Below are positions 1-10,023 of a DNA stretch of 64,000 nt, piece by piece. This DNA is from a virus (Duplodnaviria; Caudoviricetes), in the IMG/VR virus record IMGVR_UViG_3300031555_001762; one strand, written 5' to 3'. Below the pieces are notes generated by a model. The model was not told the DNA's origin. It made no database searches and worked only from the letters and a program-made list of their open reading frames with translations. A program made the position numbers and the translations under genes. Position 1 is the stretch's first letter. The number at the start of each line of letters is the position of its first letter.

Positions 1-266
1 TATGTACTCCTCAAAGCCATATTTTTATGCTTAATAGCAATCTTCTTTATGTTGGACTAACTCGTATGAAAAAGAATTGTTACCATTTGGGAGCTTTAAA
101 TAGTGTTAATCAGGCAATTCATAAAAAGGCAAACCTAGAAAGGCATACATTTATGAAGAATTTGTTGATTAACATAAATAATAAAAAAATATAGTGCCAA
201 CTTTATATTGTTGTGATATTATATGTTTCATACTATTAAAGTTATATGCTAAAGGAAGTGTGAAAT

Positions 267-1094
267 TTGAATAAGAGAGTAGTGTTGTTCGTTATATTTG
301 TGATAACAATTGTTATTACAAATGCATCTGCATATGCACTTATAAGATATAACGGAAACAACGTTAATCTAAAACAATATGAAGATGAAGTTTTTGAAGT
401 GAAAGACGAAATGCTAGTTCTAAGCGGATGGGTTGGCGTAGAAGAGTTGCCAGTGATGAGCGAGCCTTCCGAGTTAAGCGATACTGTAGGTTCGCTCTCT
501 TTTAATGAAGAGTTTGAATATATGATTTATAATAGCGACTGGTTTGAGATTGTAGATAATGATGCTAAGGGATATGTATCCTCTAAAAACGTTTTAAATA
601 AAAGCACTGGATATGATTCATATTCGCAATATGAATTAGACAAAATCATAGGATACGAGTCATATTCAGTTCCAAATACCAGCGGTTTCAAATCATATAT
701 GGATTACAGGTCTATTACATATATAGAATCTAGACAATATGAATTGCAAAACAGATATGCGGAAACAGGTAATTATGGAATCAGAATGGTTAATGGCAGA
801 TATTGCGTAGCAGTTGGCTCGTATTTTACAGACGATGTTGGGCAATATCTTGACCTCATATTAGAAGACGGAACAGTAATTCCGTGTATCTTAGCAGACC
901 AAAAGGCCGATATTCATACTGATTCAAATAATATCGTGACTATGCATAATGGATGCATGAGTGAATTTATAATTGATTCTAATTTTCTAGTAGATTCAGT
1001 TAAAAAGCATGGTAATATCTCTTATTGCAATGACAATTGGAAATCAAAAGTCGTTGAGGTAAGAGTTTATAATAAAAATATTTTTGAAGAATAA
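267..1094 (+). CDS. Exported/membrane-anchored protein with SH3-like segment and C-terminal 3D/RlpA-like putative cell-wall domain
   Basis: Hydrophobic N-terminus (VVLFVIFVITIVIT); SH3b-like 'DWFEI...KGYVSS'; C-terminal 'GRYCVAVGSYF...LADQKAD'. Confidence 0.45.
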   Translation: MNKRVVLFVIFVITIVITNASAYALIRYNGNNVNLKQYEDEVFEVKDEMLVLSGWVGVEELPVMSEPSELSDTVGSLSFNEEFEYMIYNSDWFEIVDNDAKGYVSSKNVLNKSTGYDSYSQYELDKIIGYESYSVPNTSGFKSYMDYRSITYIESRQYELQNRYAETGNYGIRMVNGRYCVAVGSYFTDDVGQYLDLILEDGTVIPCILADQKADIHTDSNNIVTMHNGCMSEFIIDSNFLVDSVKKHGNISYCNDNWKSKVVEVRVYNKNIFEE

Positions 1095-1108
1095 GGAGGT
1101 TGCAATCT

Positions 1109-3259
1109 ATGATTGTAAAAAAGAGAACTGGTGATTTTGCAGAGTTTGACAAAAACAAAATTGTCAATGCCATTCTCAAATCCATGAAGCAAGGTAGTGG
1201 CGTTGTCAAAGAAAAGATTGCAAACGATATTGCAGATGAAATTGAAATTGAGGTTCGTGATAAAACGGAGGTGTCTATTTCTGAAATTGAAGCACTGGTC
1301 TACAGCAAGCTCATTACTAAGAAGCAGAAGTTAACAGCAAAGGCATATGAGGACTATCGCGCAGTAAGAGAGTATCAGCGTCAACATAACACTATTGACA
1401 ATAAGGTTCTAGGTATTGTCGATGGTACTAATAAAGCCTCTCTGTCTGAGAACTCCAATAAAAATGAAGCCCTCATTTCTACTTGTCGTGACTTGGTAGC
1501 AGAAGAGGTCTCCAAGGATATCTCTCTGCGTATGATGCTTCCGCCTCATATTGCACAGGCTCATAATGATGGTATTATTCATATTCATGACCTTGGACAT
1601 TACCTTAATCCTTCGTTTAATTGCTGTCTTGTAAACCTAGAAGATATGCTAATGAACGGCACTGTTATTAATGGTAAGAAGATTGATAGGCCTCATAGCT
1701 TCAGAACTGCTTCTACTATTGCAACGCAGATTATCGCTCAGGTTGCATCGGCTCAGTTTGGAGGTCAGACTGTTACGCTGTCTCATCTTGCCCCATTTGT
1801 TCGCATTAGCGAAAATAGAATTCGTGAAGAGGTGTTTGAGGAGCTTGGTGATTTTGCATCGTCTGTTGATATTGAAAGCATTGTTCAGAAGCGACTTGCA
1901 CGAGAAATTCGAGATGGTGTTCAGACGTTCCAGTATCAGATTAACACTCTGCAAACTAGCAACGGTCAGTCTCCATTCCTTTCCGTATTCATGTATATCA
2001 GTGAGAATCCTGAATATGAGAAGGAAACTGCGATGATTATCAAGGAGTTTATCCGTCAGCGTATTCAAGGTATGAAGAACGAGGTTGGTGTTTGGATTAC
2101 TCCTGCATTCCCAAAATTGCTATACGTACTTGATGAGAATAATATTCATGAGGATAGCGAGTATTGGCATATTACCGAACTTGCAGCTCAATGCGTTGCG
2201 AAGCGTATGATGCCAGACTTCATTTCTGCAAAGCATATGCGTCAGAACTACGAGGGCAATGTATTTGGTTGTATGGGTTGCCGTGCTTGGCTGTCTCCAT
2301 ACAAGGGTGGCATTAACAATGAAGAAGGTTCGTACAAGTGGTATGGTCGATTCAACATGGGTCTTACCTCTATCAACCTTGCCGATTGCGGACTGTCTGC
2401 GCAGGGTAGCATCGAAGATTTCTGGAAGATTTTCGATGAGCGTCTTGAGCTTTGTTATGAAAGCTTAATGCTTCGTTATGAGAAGCTTAAGAACGTCACT
2501 TCAGATGTATCTCCTATTCATTGGCAGCATGGAGCTATTGCAAGACTTCCAAAGCACGAACCAATTTTCCCGCTCCTACAGGAAGGTTACGCAACTATTA
2601 CGCTTGGCTACATTGGCGTATATGAATGCGTTAAGGCTCTGCTCGGTACGTCGCACACTGCTCCAGAAGGCGAGAAGCTTGCAATTGAAATCGTGTCTTA
2701 CATGAAGAAAAAGGTTGTCGATTGGAAGAAGCGTAATGGTCTTGGATTTGCTCTTTACGGAACTCCTAGCGAGTCTCTAACTGAGAAGTTTGCAAAGGCT
2801 TGTGTAAGGCGTTGGGGTACTGTAGATGGCGAAGAGGTTCGAGGATTCCTTACCAATAGCTATCATGTGTTTGTCGAAGAAGAGATTAATGCGTTTGATA
2901 AGCTTAAGTTTGAGTCTCAGTTCCATCCGATTAGCAGCGGCGGTTGTATCTCCTATATTGAAGCTGTAAATCTTACAAACAACATTCCTGCGGTTCTGTC
3001 TCTTATCAAGTTCATGTATGATAACATTCAGTATGCAGAAATTAATACTAAGTCTGATTACTGCCATGTATGTGGATTTGATGGCGAGATTTTGATTGAC
3101 GAAAACCTAGATTGGTATTGCCCTAACTGTGGTAATCGTGATAAGTCTAGGATGAATGTCGTTCGTAGAACCTGTGGCTATCTTGGTGAGAACTATTGGA
3201 ACGCTGGTCGAACAGAAGAAATCAAGAATAGATATGTTCATCTTGGAGCTGGCGATTAA
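1109..3259 (+). CDS. nrdD: Anaerobic (class III) ribonucleoside-triphosphate reductase with N-terminal ATP cone
   Basis: ATP cone (IVKKRTG..FDKNKI), HIHDL, NCCL, MGCR, TPSES, CxxC..CxxC Zn site, glycyl-radical motif RTCGYLG; start moved to ATG 1109 after RBS AAGGAGG. Confidence 0.97.
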   Translation: MIVKKRTGDFAEFDKNKIVNAILKSMKQGSGVVKEKIANDIADEIEIEVRDKTEVSISEIEALVYSKLITKKQKLTAKAYEDYRAVREYQRQHNTIDNKVLGIVDGTNKASLSENSNKNEALISTCRDLVAEEVSKDISLRMMLPPHIAQAHNDGIIHIHDLGHYLNPSFNCCLVNLEDMLMNGTVINGKKIDRPHSFRTASTIATQIIAQVASAQFGGQTVTLSHLAPFVRISENRIREEVFEELGDFASSVDIESIVQKRLAREIRDGVQTFQYQINTLQTSNGQSPFLSVFMYISENPEYEKETAMIIKEFIRQRIQGMKNEVGVWITPAFPKLLYVLDENNIHEDSEYWHITELAAQCVAKRMMPDFISAKHMRQNYEGNVFGCMGCRAWLSPYKGGINNEEGSYKWYGRFNMGLTSINLADCGLSAQGSIEDFWKIFDERLELCYESLMLRYEKLKNVTSDVSPIHWQHGAIARLPKHEPIFPLLQEGYATITLGYIGVYECVKALLGTSHTAPEGEKLAIEIVSYMKKKVVDWKKRNGLGFALYGTPSESLTEKFAKACVRRWGTVDGEEVRGFLTNSYHVFVEEEINAFDKLKFESQFHPISSGGCISYIEAVNLTNNIPAVLSLIKFMYDNIQYAEINTKSDYCHVCGFDGEILIDENLDWYCPNCGNRDKSRMNVVRRTCGYLGENYWNAGRTEEIKNRYVHLGAGD

Positions 3260-3783
3260 TGAATTACCATAAGATAGAGAAAACTTCTGTTGCAAATGGT
3301 ACTGGAATTCGTGTTGTTCTTTGGACATCAGGATGTAGATGTCATTGCAAAGGGTGTCAAAATCCAGAGACTTGGCCTTTTGATTCTGGCAAATCGTTTG
3401 ATGAAACGGCAAAACAGGAATTATTTGAAGCATTAGACAAGTCATACATTCAAGGTATTACGTTCTCTGGCGGTCATCCGCTGGAGAACGAAAACCTTGA
3501 CGATGTATATGAATTAATTGTGGAAATTCGAGATAAGTTCCCAAATAAAGATATTTGGCTTTATACTGGATATAGGTTTGATAGAATAATCAATAATCCA
3601 TTAAGAGATATGAATGTAACACTTCGTAAAAGAATTGTAGAGTTGTGCGATATAGTAGTTGATGGCGCTTATATTGATGAGCTTAAAGATATTACTTTGC
3701 GTTGGCGTGGAAGTAGCAATCAAAGAGTTATCAATGTAAAGGAAACATTAAAACAAGGTGAGATTGTTTTATATAACCAATAA
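3259..3783 (+). CDS. nrdG: Anaerobic RNR activating protein (radical SAM)
   Basis: NGTGIRVVLW, CxxxCxxC (CRCHCKGC), GITFSGGHPL, WRGSSNQR; TAATG coupling to nrdD. Confidence 0.97.
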   Translation: MNYHKIEKTSVANGTGIRVVLWTSGCRCHCKGCQNPETWPFDSGKSFDETAKQELFEALDKSYIQGITFSGGHPLENENLDDVYELIVEIRDKFPNKDIWLYTGYRFDRIINNPLRDMNVTLRKRIVELCDIVVDGAYIDELKDITLRWRGSSNQRVINVKETLKQGEIVLYNQ

Positions 3784-3811
3784 GGATATATGCTAAAGAA
3801 AGGTGAAATGA

Positions 3812-4369
3812 ATGAAGAGAATGGCACGATTTGAAAAGGTTTCGTATGAACAGTTCAAGAAAGATTGCCTTGACACGTTTTTCAAGAACGAAACAGATTA
3901 CATCGATCCAGTAACCAAGGAAGTTACCTACGTAGTTGAAAATTGGATTCGAGACGTATATGAGGGAATCGAACTCCCCAAGAGGGCAACTATGCAGAGT
4001 GCTGGAAACGACTTCTTCTGCCCTATGGGAATCATGATTAAAGCTGGTGAGTCAAGAAAGATTCCAACTGGTATTCGATGCGAGATGTATGATGGCTGGG
4101 TGTTGATGCTATATCCTCGTAGCGGTCATGGCTTTAAGTATGGAGTACACATGGCTAATACCGTAGGGGTTATCGATGGCGATTACTATGAGTCAGACAA
4201 CGAGGGTCATATCTTTGTAAAGCTGGTCAACGACAGTTCTCTTGCAAAGGATATCCATATTGATGCTGGCGATGCATTTTGTCAGGGAATCTTTATGCCA
4301 TTTGGCATTACGCTTGATGATGATGTAACAGAGCAGCGCAATGGCGGATTTGGTTCAACTGGTCGATAA
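3812..4369 (+). CDS. dut: Trimeric dUTPase
   Basis: PKRAT..SAGND, IPTGI, PRSG, GVIDGDY, C-terminal RNGGFGSTG. Confidence 0.95.
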   Translation: MKRMARFEKVSYEQFKKDCLDTFFKNETDYIDPVTKEVTYVVENWIRDVYEGIELPKRATMQSAGNDFFCPMGIMIKAGESRKIPTGIRCEMYDGWVLMLYPRSGHGFKYGVHMANTVGVIDGDYYESDNEGHIFVKLVNDSSLAKDIHIDAGDAFCQGIFMPFGITLDDDVTEQRNGGFGSTGR

Positions 4370-4381
4370 ATATTAATTTTG

Positions 4382-4429
4382 CCACTATATATAGTATCGA
4401 TGATTTAAATTGCGTACTATATATAGTGG
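4382..4429. promoter_or_regulatory. Tandem NrdR boxes
   Basis: CCACTATATATAGTAT (4382-4397) and GTACTATATATAGTGG (4414-4429) match acaCwAtATaTwGtgt at 14/16 and 13/16, offset 32 bp. Confidence 0.75.
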
Positions 4430-4475
4430 TTATTTGGCATTGAAATATAAATTTCAAAGGATGAAAGGTGTCAAC

Positions 4476-4637
4476 ATGAACAACGAAACTATTAAGAAGT
4501 TTGATGTAACCATTAAGCTGCGTGGCGATAATATCTACGACCTTTATATGAACAATGACTGGGTGGCTTCTCGCGGAAGTTGCGATGGTATTCTTGATGA
4601 AGCTCGTGCTGCGATTAAAGCTTCGTTGATTAATTAA
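4476..4637 (+). CDS. Small hypothetical protein (53 aa)
   Basis: RBS AAAGGTG then ATG 4476; the longer track start overlaps the NrdR boxes. Confidence 0.65.
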   Translation: MNNETIKKFDVTIKLRGDNIYDLYMNNDWVASRGSCDGILDEARAAIKASLIN

Positions 4638-4653
4638 TAGTCAAGGAGTTAGT

Positions 4654-5028
4654 ATGTCAGAATTAGATAAAGTTTATTGCGTATTCTGTTATAGCGATTG
4701 GGATGACGAAATTGTAGAAGACACTAATATCTTCTTTTTTAGCAAGGAAGCAGCAGAGACATATGCCAAGCTTTGCAAATTGAAAGAGCCAAGCTTTGAC
4801 CATAAGGTTGTAGAACTTGAATGCCATGATCATATGATTGAGGATTATGAAATCTTCATTCACAATCTAGAAGAGGAAAAGAAGATCAAGGACGAAGCTG
4901 AAAGAATTAGAAGAAAAAGATATGATATTAGAGAATATGCAAGATTAAAAGCAAAGCTCGAACGTAATGATCCTTTTAATTTTTTTGATATTGAAAAAGA
5001 GCTTTTGAATAAGTATGGGTTAGAATAA
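4654..5028 (+). CDS. Hypothetical protein
   Basis: RBS AAGGAG; co-oriented in the operon. Confidence 0.7.
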   Translation: MSELDKVYCVFCYSDWDDEIVEDTNIFFFSKEAAETYAKLCKLKEPSFDHKVVELECHDHMIEDYEIFIHNLEEEKKIKDEAERIRRKRYDIREYARLKAKLERNDPFNFFDIEKELLNKYGLE

Positions 5029-5051
5029 TAAAATAGATTGGTAAAAAGTAA

Positions 5052-5252
5052 ATGACAACTTGCAATAACATTGGAGACAAACAGAATCCTTTACATGAGT
5101 CTGATCAATTCGTGTGTTCAAAATGCACCATTCACCTTGAAGGATGGCATGAAGTCTACTATGATTATGACTATGGTATTCCGCCAAGCAAAGACTATTA
5201 CGAATACTCTTTTAAATACTGTCCTAATTGCGGACGTGAAGTTATAGATTAA
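5052..5252 (+). CDS. Small zinc-ribbon protein
   Basis: CSKC...CPNCG pair. Confidence 0.65.
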   Translation: MTTCNNIGDKQNPLHESDQFVCSKCTIHLEGWHEVYYDYDYGIPPSKDYYEYSFKYCPNCGREVID

Positions 5253-5306
5253 ATGTTTGAAATTGCACAAAATAATATTGCAATATGAAACATGGGAAGG
5301 TAAATA

Positions 5307-5984
5307 ATGGCTAATTATTTGGTGACAAAATTTAGAGGGCAATATAAAATGCTTCCTGATATTGACATGGAAACCAATGACTTTGCCAGAGATTGCGATG
5401 ATGTAATTGACGAAGATATGGTTTACATCTCATGTTATTATGATACGAAGGTGTACTACTGGGGTCTTAACGATTCTCACAGAGGCGTTCTTGTTGCATA
5501 TATTCCATCAAAACAGAGAGCGCGAAATATCAAGAAGGAAATGAAAAAACAGAAGATTGATATTGTGGATTATGATGAATCGGAAACAGAGGCAATGTTG
5601 AAGTTTTTGGCATCAGATGCAGAACAAGTAATTGAAATGCTTAAGCCTTATAAAAGCGGCCTTAAAACATCTGCATTTAGCAGCAAGAATCTGCCGAAGT
5701 CTAACGTATCTATTCCCTCTGAAAAAATTGAAGAATATAAGGCAATTATCTCTAAATTGGGGAAGAATGATATGTTGGTCATCAAGAATATAAATGACCA
5801 CTTCTTGACTGATATTCTTGAACAAATGCTCCGTAAGAAGACTAAGAATAAGAAGTTCTCTGTACGTGACGATATGAAACTGAACAAGATGAGTAGGCAG
5901 ATGAAAGAATATGTATACGCCAGAGGTTATTGGCAAGAGTACCTAGACTATCTATCCAAGGAGATTGACGCTCATTATGCTTAG
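5307..5984 (+). CDS. Hypothetical phage protein
   Basis: 225-aa ORF with upstream GGAAGG; no recognised motif. Confidence 0.75.
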   Translation: MANYLVTKFRGQYKMLPDIDMETNDFARDCDDVIDEDMVYISCYYDTKVYYWGLNDSHRGVLVAYIPSKQRARNIKKEMKKQKIDIVDYDESETEAMLKFLASDAEQVIEMLKPYKSGLKTSAFSSKNLPKSNVSIPSEKIEEYKAIISKLGKNDMLVIKNINDHFLTDILEQMLRKKTKNKKFSVRDDMKLNKMSRQMKEYVYARGYWQEYLDYLSKEIDAHYA

Positions 5985-6396
5985 GATTATCATCGCTGGG
6001 TCAAGGAGTTTTGGCAGTTTCACCATTCTAGAAAAGGAATGTCATAAGATTTTCAAATCATTATCTGAAGAAGGATATCTTAGCGGAAATGTAAAAACAG
6101 ACTGCGCCAATATTGAAATCATTAGCGGTACTGCTAATGGAGCAGATAGGTTTGGAGAAGCATTTGCGTTAAAATACGGAATCGAAGTTAAAAGGTTCCC
6201 TGCTCAATGGCACAAATATGGTAAAAGTGCTGGATATGTAAGAAACAATATCATGGCACAATATGCAGCTAAGAGCGATGATCTTGGTGTGTTGATTGCG
6301 TTTTGGGACGGCAAGAGCAGGGGGACAAAGATGATGATCGATATTGCTAAGAAAAATAATTTAAAGGTTTTCGTGATTAATGTTGAAAGCGAATAA
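5965..6396 (+). CDS. SLOG superfamily protein (YspA/DUF2493-like)
   Basis: IIAGSR, ISGTANGAD, FPAQW..YGKSAGYVRN, IAFWDGKSRGTKMMI; start may be ATG 5977. Confidence 0.85.
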   Translation: MTLIMLRIIIAGSRSFGSFTILEKECHKIFKSLSEEGYLSGNVKTDCANIEIISGTANGADRFGEAFALKYGIEVKRFPAQWHKYGKSAGYVRNNIMAQYAAKSDDLGVLIAFWDGKSRGTKMMIDIAKKNNLKVFVINVESE

Positions 6397-6458
6397 TAGA
6401 ATGTGCTAGAATAACAAATAAGGTTATATGTTAAATACTTTATTAGAGAGGAGGATAA

Positions 6459-7490
6459 ATGAATCTAAATGAAATACATAAGAAGGTTGCGTCTGAAGAA
6501 TATGATTTCCTCAAAACCAACCCACACTTGGGTGAGAATATTATACTGCTTGGCTTGGGCGGTTCTCATGCATATGGTACTAACACGATAAATTCAGATT
6601 TGGATATTCGTGGCTGTGCGTTGAACAGCAAGGCAGAGATTCTTACCAAGGATAATTTCGAGCAAGTTGTACATAAAGAAACGGATACGACAATCTATTC
6701 ATTTAACAAGCTCGTTGACTTACTTGCTGGTTGCAATCCTAATATTGTTGAACTTGGCGGCTTAAAGAAGGAGCATTATCTTTATGTATCTCCAATTGGT
6801 CAAGAGATTCTTGATAACTTCAATATGTTTCTATCTAAGAAAGCAGCGTATACTTTTGGAGGTTATGCCTCTGCTCAGCTTCGCAAGCTGGACAACAAGG
6901 CTGCTAGAAAGCTAAGTCAGCCAGATAAGGAAGTTCATATTCTAAAAAGCATTAACAATGCAGCTCTTGATTTTAAGGGTAAGTTCTTTGACTACCCAGA
7001 TGATGCAATCAAGCTGTATATTGACAATGCCGTTAATCAAGAATATGAATCTGAAATTTTCATGGATGTTCATTTAACTCACTATCCGCTACGTGATTAT
7101 AAAAGCATGTGGTCTGTGATGAATAACGTTGTAAAAGACTATGCAAAGCTGGAACAGACTGGCAGGAACAAGCAGGCTATTGAGCATGGCAAACTATCGA
7201 AGCACATGATGCACCTTATCCGTTTGTATCTTATGTGTCTCGACATTCTAGAACGTGAAGAGGTTGTCACATACAGACCAGAGCATGACTTTCTTATGTC
7301 TATTAGAAACGGCGAGTATCTTGATGTCGATGGTCAGCCGCTGTCAGAGTTCTTTGAAATCGTAGATTATTATGAGAAGAAATTGGAATACGCAAAACAA
7401 AACACATCATTACCAGACAAGCCAGACCATTTAAATATCAACGAGTTTGTTATGAGTGTCAACGAGCGTATCGTTAAGGGGGAGATTTAA
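6459..7490 (+). CDS. DNA polymerase beta-superfamily nucleotidyltransferase (YcgL/RlaP-like)
   Basis: GGSHAYGT..SDLDIRG, CNPNIVE, FGGYA..QL, KHMMHLIRL, LMSIRNG, LPDKPD. Confidence 0.85.
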   Translation: MNLNEIHKKVASEEYDFLKTNPHLGENIILLGLGGSHAYGTNTINSDLDIRGCALNSKAEILTKDNFEQVVHKETDTTIYSFNKLVDLLAGCNPNIVELGGLKKEHYLYVSPIGQEILDNFNMFLSKKAAYTFGGYASAQLRKLDNKAARKLSQPDKEVHILKSINNAALDFKGKFFDYPDDAIKLYIDNAVNQEYESEIFMDVHLTHYPLRDYKSMWSVMNNVVKDYAKLEQTGRNKQAIEHGKLSKHMMHLIRLYLMCLDILEREEVVTYRPEHDFLMSIRNGEYLDVDGQPLSEFFEIVDYYEKKLEYAKQNTSLPDKPDHLNINEFVMSVNERIVKGEI

Positions 7491-8731
7491 TGGAAATAAA
7501 TCTCCCAATTAACGTAAGGATTGTTCTTGATGCTCTTCATAACAGTGGATATCTCGCGTATGTGGTTGGCGGTTGTGTTAGAGATTCTATTCTGGGTAAA
7601 GAACCAAAGGATTGGGACGTAACGACATCTGCAAGACCAGAGCAGATAATCGAAGTGTTCAAAGGATACGAAGTTATTCCAACTGGTTTGCAGCATGGCA
7701 CTGTAACCATTGTGGTTGGTGGCATGCCTATAGAATGCACCACTTTCCGTGTGGAAGGCTGCTATACAGATGGCAGACATCCAGATAACGTTATGTTTGC
7801 ACTCAGCGTTGAAGACGATTTGATGCGCAGAGATTTTAGAATGAATGCAATTGCATATAATCCTTGGCATGGATTAGTAGATGTTTATAATGGTATCAAA
7901 GATTTAGATAACAAGGTTATCTGTTGCATGGGCAATCCTTATAACAGGTTTAATGAAGATGGTCTGAGAATTCTAAGAGCCATTCGCTTTGCTGCTCAAC
8001 TCGGCTTTGAAATTGAAAACGAAACTTCAAATGCAATCCATGATTGCAAGCATCTTCTTGATAACATTTCAAAGGAGAGAATTCAAAGCGAGCTATGCAA
8101 GATTCTAATGAGCGAACAATGTGGAAGTGCTTTGTTCGCATTGTATTACGATGTCTTTAAAATGCTACTACCATATACAAGAATTAGTTTTGGAAAGAGA
8201 TTTACTATGAGCAAAGTTACATCGTCAAATGAAAATGGAAATGATATTGTTTCAAGGTTAACACTGCTATTTGACGGAGACAGCTCTGACACTGTATATA
8301 AAAACTTAAAGGAACTTAAGTTTGGCAATGGAGTTATTACATGTGTTACTCAACTTGTAAACCATTGTAACGATCCTTTGCCTCTGAATAAACACGAAAT
8401 GAAACTGCTCATGTCAAAGTTAAATACGGAGCAAATGAACAGGTTGATTTTCATCAATAAATGCAAGGCTAAAAGAGCTGGCGAAGAAAGCTCTGAGTTC
8501 GCAGATGTTCTCAGAGCAAAATGTCTTTTTGATGAAGTTATTTCAAATGGTGAATGTTATAGCTTAAAACAGCTTAAAATTAACGGCAATGATTTGATGG
8601 ATCGTGGTGTTCCACAAGGCAAAGATGTTGGCAATATGCTAAATAGAATTCTTGATATGGTTATTAATGAGCAACTTGAAAATGACAGGGCTGCTCTATT
8701 GGAAATGGCTGATGAAATGATTGGTGGATAA
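7490..8731 (+). CDS. cca: Class II tRNA nucleotidyltransferase (CCA-adding enzyme), no HD domain
   Basis: VGGCVRD..DWD, TTFR plus intact flexible loop (YTDGRHP), RRDF, EDGLRILRAIRF, ISKERI..EL, LKINGNDL. Confidence 0.9.
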   Translation: MEINLPINVRIVLDALHNSGYLAYVVGGCVRDSILGKEPKDWDVTTSARPEQIIEVFKGYEVIPTGLQHGTVTIVVGGMPIECTTFRVEGCYTDGRHPDNVMFALSVEDDLMRRDFRMNAIAYNPWHGLVDVYNGIKDLDNKVICCMGNPYNRFNEDGLRILRAIRFAAQLGFEIENETSNAIHDCKHLLDNISKERIQSELCKILMSEQCGSALFALYYDVFKMLLPYTRISFGKRFTMSKVTSSNENGNDIVSRLTLLFDGDSSDTVYKNLKELKFGNGVITCVTQLVNHCNDPLPLNKHEMKLLMSKLNTEQMNRLIFINKCKAKRAGEESSEFADVLRAKCLFDEVISNGECYSLKQLKINGNDLMDRGVPQGKDVGNMLNRILDMVINEQLENDRAALLEMADEMIGG

Positions 8732-8743
8732 AGAGGTGACAAT

Positions 8744-9298
8744 GTGAAAGTAGATATCTTTGAACACGAAGATAACTGGCAAGGCATTAAAGATGCAACG
8801 ATGAACACCATTGGCAAAACCACTGGCAAGTATCCAACTTCAGAATGGAAGCGAAAGCTAATCATGGCTGAGCATTCTCCTATTCGCAGACTGAAGTTTT
8901 ACTGGCGTTGGTCTGACATCAAGTATTGGGTTAGCGTTCATTTAGTTCGACATAAAATCGGCATTGAACATTGGGTTGCTACACAGAGAACTGACCGTAC
9001 TGGCGTTGACAGAAACGAGATCCCACAGGGAGCACTTGTAAATCATGCAGCAGAAGCAGATGCTCAGGCTATGATTAACATTAGCAGAAAACGTCTCTGC
9101 ATGTGTGCAAGTCCAGAAACTCGTCAGGCGTGGCAAAAGGTAAAAGACAAGGTATCACAAGTAGAGCCAGAGCTTGCAAGTTGTATGGTTCGTGAATGTG
9201 TCTACCGTGGATTCTGTCCTGAAATGTATCCATGTGGCTTCAGCAAAACAGAAGCATTCAAGAAAGAACTTGCAGAATATAGAAAGGGGTTTGAGTAA
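8744..9298 (+). CDS. thyX: Flavin-dependent thymidylate synthase-like protein (short, divergent)
   Basis: EHSPIR, HLVRHK...TQR (variant of RHRx7-8SxR), RLC..A..ETR, C.YRGFCPE. Confidence 0.75.
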   Translation: MKVDIFEHEDNWQGIKDATMNTIGKTTGKYPTSEWKRKLIMAEHSPIRRLKFYWRWSDIKYWVSVHLVRHKIGIEHWVATQRTDRTGVDRNEIPQGALVNHAAEADAQAMINISRKRLCMCASPETRQAWQKVKDKVSQVEPELASCMVRECVYRGFCPEMYPCGFSKTEAFKKELAEYRKGFE

Positions 9299-9301
9299 TA
9301 T

Positions 9302-9934
9302 ATGATTGAAATGACATACCTAAAAGAATTAAGAGACGAAGAAGACAAGGCGATAATTTCATTTGAAGGTGATGTACTTGATATTTACGAACTTCGCGAC
9401 TATGCAAAGGCGCTTAATCTCGTAAAGGGCGAAGTTAATGAAGGATATCGTCATGAATTCAAGACCAATGGCAAGAACTGCCGTGGCAATTGCAATGATG
9501 AAAGCAATTGTAAGTCTGATGAAGAGACATATTTTACATTTGACCTTGACGAGTTTATTGAAGCGCTGTCAGATACATTAAATATGGTGTGCGATGAAGA
9601 TATTTCAGATGAAAATGCTGAAGATGATAAGAGCGAATTGTGTGATATTGTAAGCGACATTATCATGGAAGAAGAAGACCTTGTAAACCATCCGCCTCAT
9701 TACACTAACTCTGGTATGGAGTGCATTCTTGAAATGATTATGCTATATGGCTTCGAGGAAACGATGTCATTTTGTAAGTTGAACGCTCATAAGTATCGTA
9801 AACGCGCTCTTGATAAGGGAGGCCGTCAGGATATTGATAAGAGCGACTGGTACATGAACACCTATAAAGAGTTGTTGTATGCTATGGAAATTGACATGAC
9901 ACCTCTTGAATACATTCTTAGCAAAACGAACTAA
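9302..9934 (+). CDS. DUF3310-domain protein (T7 gp1.7-like nucleotide kinase family) with acidic N-terminal extension
   Basis: DLVNHPPHY...ECI...NAHKYRKRA..KGG.QDI.K..WY. Confidence 0.75.
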   Translation: MIEMTYLKELRDEEDKAIISFEGDVLDIYELRDYAKALNLVKGEVNEGYRHEFKTNGKNCRGNCNDESNCKSDEETYFTFDLDEFIEALSDTLNMVCDEDISDENAEDDKSELCDIVSDIIMEEEDLVNHPPHYTNSGMECILEMIMLYGFEETMSFCKLNAHKYRKRALDKGGRQDIDKSDWYMNTYKELLYAMEIDMTPLEYILSKTN

Positions 9935-9957
9935 CAATTAAATAGATAAGGTTATAT

Positions 9958-9991
9958 GCGAGTGGAGTCAATCGACTCTGCTCGCTTTTTT
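9958..9991 (+). terminator. Rho-independent terminator
   Basis: GCGAGTGGAGTC-AATC-GACTCTGCTCGC then T6. Confidence 0.85.
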
Positions 9992-10023
9992 CTTGCGCAC
10001 ATATTCTTCTGAGAACTTTTCTT

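Noticed and set aside
1-12. RBS-like GAGGAG on the - strand at the window edge
   Set aside because: Any gene would start outside the window and cannot be supported
1109-3259. Intron or intein in nrdD
   Set aside because: Continuous ORF of normal length with all motifs
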